From: Oligoflexales bacterium
GTDB taxonomy: Bacteria > Bdellovibrionota_B > Oligoflexia > Oligoflexales > Bog-1112
Direction: 5' to 3'
Assembly: GCA_045105515.1 (NCBI GenBank)
Contig: JBGCDR010000040.1
Coordinates: 53,014-117,013 of the forward strand
Length of the DNA stretch: 64,000 nucleotides
Shown: positions 59,412 to 64,000 of the stretch, one piece after another
Numbering within the stretch: the first letter of the stretch is position 1
Layout: each line of letters begins with the position of its first letter
Position numbers and translations under genes: made by a program
The notes under the pieces: model-generated
The model's input: the letters and a program-made list of their open reading frames with translations, nothing else
The model's database searches: none
Told to the model about the DNA's origin: nothing

Positions 59412-61733
59412 ATGACATTAAAAGACTCAGAAGACAATCAGGTCATCAGTAACAAGCGATTTCTGATCTGGTACTTCTGTATCCTATTCACCATGTTTTC
59501 ATTTCATTTTAGTGATCTAGGTGATTTTGCCGAGCTAGACCTCGCCCACAGAATGCAATTTAATATTAGAGAGCGTTTCGATTTAGCACCAAAATTACAC
59601 CCAAATTTAAAAATCTATGCCCTCGATGACTACGCAGTGAGAAAAATATCCAGAGACGAAATAAGATTAACAAATTGGTCCTCCATACTAACAACAATTT
59701 CTAAATCAAATCCAAAACTGATTATTATTGATAAAGAATTTGGGGTCATCAATGAAGATGAAGATATTGATACCTTTCGCAATGCACTTGTCGGCTCTGT
59801 TCCTATTTTTATTGGGTGTCATACAAAAGCACGGGAAAATAAACAATTGAAAAAATTAAGCCATGATCGCTATTTAAACTTAGAACGTCCCGAATTTAAT
59901 CTTAACCGTTCTTTACTGAACAAAGATGCTAATGCGGATTGGTTGTCAATCTTAGATCACGATACATTTGGGCCTAAAAAAGTACTTGAACCATTCTTTC
60001 ATGGAATTGGCCATATAAACTATGAGTATATAGGTAGGGTGGAACCCTTTAGGCGAGTAGACGAAAATGTGGTAATTCCACACCTTACTTTGCTTACTGC
60101 AGATAGTTTAAAAATCTCTGACGAAGAAGTAGTGATTGACAAAGTCCCAGTACGTCTAGATAATAAAAATCTCATCGCCGTAAACTTTCCTACAAAAAAT
60201 GAATTATATACAAATACTAAAAGCATATATCCAGTTTATAAAAGAGCAACCCAAAATAGAAGCCTCAAAAAAATTAAAGAAGGTGATATCGTAATCATAC
60301 TTCCTCTGTTTTTTACTGGAAATACTGATATGGGAAATACCCCAATAGGAAGGATTCCGCGGGGATTTATAATTACATCCTTAGTGAATAGTATTATGAC
60401 TAAAGAATGGCTTATTCCTCTAAACATTGCAAAGCCTCTGATTCCACTAGGTTCGCTACTAGGTGCTATGTGTGGGATGCTTCTAAGTCCAGTGTGGTTT
60501 TGGGTAGTAATGTTGAGCTTACTCTCAGGATTTTTTTTCGGAAGCATCGCACTATTTTGTTTTTTTGGAATCATTGTTCCTTGGCTTACTTATATACTTT
60601 CGTTTCTAGTAGGAGGGATCGTATTTTTCTCTGTAAAGATGTCAAGACAAGCTCGTATATCACAAGCTTATGAAATCGCACTATCTGGTTTAGTTTCTCA
60701 CAACTCGCTTAAGGAACTTATTAAAAATCCAGCAGCGATAAGTCGTGAAGCTAGTGAACAGCTACTGACGATTATGTTCATCGATATGGTGTCTTTTTCG
60801 AGCATGGCTGAGAATGCGCATCCAAGAATAGTTTTTTCACGCTTAAAAGAAACTATGGGATATTTCTCAGAAACAGTGCATAAGTTCGGAGGAGTTGTAG
60901 ATAAAACAATGGGTGACGGAATGCTTTGCTTTTTTGGTTATAACTATATTGGCGGAAGTACTACCAAAAATCATGCTGATCAAGCAATAGCATGTGCAAA
61001 AGAGATTCAATTAGAGCATTCGAGGAGAAGCATCGAAAAATTCAATAAAGGTGAACCTTATGTACCGATAAGAATAGGGATAAATTCTGCAAAAGTTTAT
61101 ATAGGGGATTTAGGAAATAATGAGCGCATTGACTTCACCCTAATAGGTAGTGGAGTCAATTTTGCACAGCGTTTAGAATCCGCATGCGATCCATTTTCAA
61201 TACTATTATCTGAAGATTCACTACAATTTGCAAATGACTTTCATCTAGGTCTACCAGGCATACGTAGGCGAAAAATAAAAATAAAACATCACCAAAAACT
61301 GTTTAATGTTATCGAATTTCTTCCATTCATAGATCATTACGATATATTAGAAAAATCAAAAGAAGCCTTTTATGGACATGAGCACTACAAGGGAAGAGCT
61401 CCAAGATGGCCCGTGGATACAGATAAAAACATCATGATTGGTACGTCTGTTGGGGAATGTCGCTTAATCAATTTTTCTCGTTCAGGTTATGCTCTCTTAT
61501 TTCCAAACGATCTAAAACCAGGAACCAATTTTGACTTTAACATTCATCAAAGCGATAAATTTACTGAAGAGTTCATTAAAATCAATGACATACCGACTGT
61601 TAGCTGCGAGGTTCGATGGAGCAATCCAGAAGATGGGAAATTTATGCATGGAGTTAGTATCATAAGTCTTAATGAACAACAAAAAGAATTTCTCTACGAA
61701 TGTCTTAGAGATTCCCTCACTAAAATCATATAA
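59412..61733 (+). CDS. CHASE2 - TM - class III adenylate cyclase - PilZ protein
   Basis: CHASE2-like periplasmic domain, 3 TMs, FIDMVSFS, VDKTMGDG, RIGINS, DFTLIGSGVNFAQRLE; PilZ GRAPR...NFSRSG...CEVRW..HGV. Confidence 0.85.
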   Translation: MTLKDSEDNQVISNKRFLIWYFCILFTMFSFHFSDLGDFAELDLAHRMQFNIRERFDLAPKLHPNLKIYALDDYAVRKISRDEIRLTNWSSILTTISKSNPKLIIIDKEFGVINEDEDIDTFRNALVGSVPIFIGCHTKARENKQLKKLSHDRYLNLERPEFNLNRSLLNKDANADWLSILDHDTFGPKKVLEPFFHGIGHINYEYIGRVEPFRRVDENVVIPHLTLLTADSLKISDEEVVIDKVPVRLDNKNLIAVNFPTKNELYTNTKSIYPVYKRATQNRSLKKIKEGDIVIILPLFFTGNTDMGNTPIGRIPRGFIITSLVNSIMTKEWLIPLNIAKPLIPLGSLLGAMCGMLLSPVWFWVVMLSLLSGFFFGSIALFCFFGIIVPWLTYILSFLVGGIVFFSVKMSRQARISQAYEIALSGLVSHNSLKELIKNPAAISREASEQLLTIMFIDMVSFSSMAENAHPRIVFSRLKETMGYFSETVHKFGGVVDKTMGDGMLCFFGYNYIGGSTTKNHADQAIACAKEIQLEHSRRSIEKFNKGEPYVPIRIGINSAKVYIGDLGNNERIDFTLIGSGVNFAQRLESACDPFSILLSEDSLQFANDFHLGLPGIRRRKIKIKHHQKLFNVIEFLPFIDHYDILEKSKEAFYGHEHYKGRAPRWPVDTDKNIMIGTSVGECRLINFSRSGYALLFPNDLKPGTNFDFNIHQSDKFTEEFIKINDIPTVSCEVRWSNPEDGKFMHGVSIISLNEQQKEFLYECLRDSLTKII

Positions 61734-61857
61734 ATTTTCGAGTGTGCAATATATTCCTACTTATCTAACTTTTTATAGTATTACTTTGAAGCACTCCATT
61801 TTCACGTTAAAATATAGATGATGACAAAATGTTCGATAGCTTCTTGAAGGAAGATGT

Positions 61858-62121
61858 ATGCCTACCAAAATCGATGTTGTCCTAGAAAAGTGTGATGATC
61901 TAGTAAATTTTTATGACAATCTACCGAAATTTAAAAGTTTGTTCGGGTACATTGCTTTCAAAGATATGCATTTATCGCTAAAAGAATTTACAGAAAAGAG
62001 TTCCCCTGAAGTCCTTGAAAATGACCTTCTTCAAGAATACATCTTTAATCTCTATAATAATTACATCAGAAAAGCTTTTGGTAAAAGCCATGACCTTTTA
62101 AGCGGCGATCAAAAAGAGTAA
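61858..62121 (+). CDS. Hypothetical protein
   Basis: AAGGA RBS; 87 aa. Confidence 0.55.
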   Translation: MPTKIDVVLEKCDDLVNFYDNLPKFKSLFGYIAFKDMHLSLKEFTEKSSPEVLENDLLQEYIFNLYNNYIRKAFGKSHDLLSGDQKE

Positions 62122-62128
62122 TTTTTTT

Positions 62129-63319
62129 TTAGCCAACCACCTTTTCAAGTAATTTATTTCCCTTACCATCGATTAAGTTGCGAATTATAAATTGTTTAAC
62201 ATCAGATATCTTGACTATATCACTCTTGGAAAGGTATATACCTATAGGGTGATCTTGACCTTTTGCTAAGTAACTTCCTAAGTACTCGAACTTTTTTTGA
62301 TACCTTGTTGAAATACTATTATAAAAATTTTTAGAGACAATAATATTCGATCCTGGCAGGCCATGTACCATTTTTTCAAGTCTATGTAGTAAATCTACTT
62401 CTGAAGAATCTGTTTCATACCATTTATGGTTGAGAATAAGATCATCCTTAATTACAGTCACCTTATTAATTGTCTGGTTAACATTTTCACCACTATGTAA
62501 TGCTATTCCACACTCAAAACTTAATTCATTAACTTCAGATAAAGATCTAAGGCTCATTCGAAATTCATTTGCAGCACTCATTGCTTGATTGCAGGCTTCA
62601 CTACTGTTTTTTAATAAACCAAAATGAGCGAAGGCATAATCACTTGCATGGCACTCAATAAAACCTCCATATTTCATAACACATTGGGCAAACAATGCAG
62701 CAACAACACTTTTAAGAGGCTTGCCATCAACTTTTACATCTCTTATTTTAGAACTTGAAATAATATCATAAGTAATCCCAACAAAGCAGCCAGTTTCAGG
62801 TATTTCTATATTATTTACAACCATATGGTATATCATCGGTGGCAACCAGGCCTTTAATTCATTCAAATATTTTTCTAATTTTTTCTGAGTTTCTTTCAAT
62901 TCCTGATTGTTTTTTTCCAATTGCAAATAATACTTATCCCTTTCATTTTTAGCTTTATAAAGCTCAATTGCTCCTCCAACTGTATTCTCAATGATATTTT
63001 CACACCAAGGTTTCGTAATATATCCATAAACCTTTGCTTTTTCCAATGACTGTATAAGAAGATCTTCACCTGAATAAGCGGTGGTCAGTATCCTAATCGC
63101 TTCTGGCAAGTGAACTGATGCAATGCTTAGTAGATCAACTCCTTTGATTTCAGGCATTAGCTGATCAGCTACAACTACCCAAGGTTTATGCTTTTCGAAG
63201 TCATTTATCGCTTGTAATGGTGATGTATAGGTGTAAACATCCCAATCTTCTGGTACATTCATCTCGAAAGCCGTCAACGCATAAGCTTCGTCGTCAATAT
63301 AAAAGATGACAGGTTTCAT
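62129..63319 (-). CDS. Response regulator: REC - coiled coil - divergent class III nucleotide cyclase domain
   Basis: REC (YIDDE, VVADQLMP, TTAY, ITKPW); cyclase-like TYDIISSS, GG..ECHASD, CGIALHSGE, DLLHRLEK, IIVS. Confidence 0.75.
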   Translation of the reverse strand: MKPVIFYIDDEAYALTAFEMNVPEDWDVYTYTSPLQAINDFEKHKPWVVVADQLMPEIKGVDLLSIASVHLPEAIRILTTAYSGEDLLIQSLEKAKVYGYITKPWCENIIENTVGGAIELYKAKNERDKYYLQLEKNNQELKETQKKLEKYLNELKAWLPPMIYHMVVNNIEIPETGCFVGITYDIISSSKIRDVKVDGKPLKSVVAALFAQCVMKYGGFIECHASDYAFAHFGLLKNSSEACNQAMSAANEFRMSLRSLSEVNELSFECGIALHSGENVNQTINKVTVIKDDLILNHKWYETDSSEVDLLHRLEKMVHGLPGSNIIVSKNFYNSISTRYQKKFEYLGSYLAKGQDHPIGIYLSKSDIVKISDVKQFIIRNLIDGKGNKLLEKVVG

Positions 63320-63999
63320 GCACTTTTCCTTAATTCATATTCTTTTGGCAATGCGATCTCAAATTTTGTTCCTTGATCCTTCGCTGAAGTAAAACTAATG
63401 TTTCCGCCTATTTTATTTATTTCAATTTGGCAGACATGTAAACCCAGCCCCATTCCATGGCCCACTTCTTTAGTAGTAAAAAAAGGATCGAATATTTTTT
63501 CTTGGTGGTCTTTGGAAATTCCAGTACCATTATCCTTTACTTGCAAATAGACTCGACTATTTTTTTGGTATGCAGTAATGTCGATTCTCCCAATTTTATC
63601 ATCTGGAATTGCGTCGCAAGAATTAGCTATCAAATTCATCATAACTTGATTAAGACTGACGTTATTTCCTATAATACTAAGATTTTCTGGGACATTTATA
63701 TTGATCTTGATATTACGAGTCTTACTTTTAAGAATAGTTAGTATATGATTTATTGATTGAATTAACTTGATTTCTTTGACTTCAGATTGATTAATTCCTG
63801 TAAAGCTTTTAAGACTATGAATTATAGAAAAGGTCATTTCCAAACAATCTTTCATCGCAAATAATGCCGTATCTATTTTCTTTTGTTTTTTCTTGTTACC
63901 AATATTGCGAGTCATAATGCGCAATGGCTTAATGAGAGCGTAAACATGATTAAGAGGATTATTAATCTCATTAGCAATTCCAGCTGCTAAAGTTCCCAG
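63316..63999 (-). CDS. Sensor histidine kinase, C-terminal part (5'-truncated by the window), H-box His replaced by Asn
   Basis: Frame is open to the window edge: LGTLAAGIANEINNPL; N box NLIANSCDA, G1 DNGTG, F box IFDPFFTTK, G2 GMGLGL. Confidence 0.88.
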   Translation of the reverse strand: MGTLAAGIANEINNPLNHVYALIKPLRIMTRNIGNKKKQKKIDTALFAMKDCLEMTFSIIHSLKSFTGINQSEVKEIKLIQSINHILTILKSKTRNIKININVPENLSIIGNNVSLNQVMMNLIANSCDAIPDDKIGRIDITAYQKNSRVYLQVKDNGTGISKDHQEKIFDPFFTTKEVGHGMGLGLHVCQIEINKIGGNISFTSAKDQGTKFEIALPKEYELRKSA

Positions 64000-64000
64000 T

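Noticed and set aside
418..63741. Many 60-125 aa ORFs overlapping larger genes (e.g. 14655-14969, 23801-24112, 44813-45184, 51754-52125)
   Set aside because: These are antisense or alternate-frame shadows of well-supported CDS with no recognisable motifs.
1..64000. CRISPR array, cas genes, tRNA/rRNA, transposase or integrase
   Set aside because: No regularly spaced repeats, cloverleaf or rRNA signatures, or DDE/recombinase motifs were seen by eye.

Overview
Gene-dense, AT-rich bacterial chromosomal segment, about 55 CDS. I found no rRNA, tRNA, CRISPR array or intact mobile element. The gene repertoire suggests a Bdellovibrionota/Oligoflexia-like organism (inference): PilT, GltD/GltE-like TPR proteins, many orphan lipoproteins and secreted proteins, and recurrent FliA/sigma28-type promoter motifs. 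Recognisable genes are the tail of a MoxR-type cluster (DUF58-like, BatA/vWA-DUF4159, vWA/GATase-like), a stand-alone SoxC/SorA molybdoenzyme plus cytochrome c, galE, mnmG, cutA, queE, mce, serA, rpsU, pilT, a GT4 glycosyltransferase, an FAD-oxidoreductase-SelD fusion, a Rieske oxygenase plus P450, rarD, a KamA-family radical SAM enzyme and a cyclase/two-component cluster. The most unusual part is about 48.6-64 kb, which looks more AT-rich. It encodes exported enzymes: an NlpC/P60 with a triple Cys-repeat tail, a secreted COOH-NH2-ligase-like protein and a secreted kinase with a WNK-like lysine placement, partly bracketed by a 19/20 direct repeat. It also encodes a histidine kinase whose H-box His is Asn, coupled to a REC-cyclase with non-canonical specificity residues, facing a CHASE2-cyclase-PilZ gene. 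Also notable are a secreted pseudokinase at 13 kb and a PilT with a duplicated N-domain and a long low-complexity linker. All family calls come from motif recognition by eye, not database searches.
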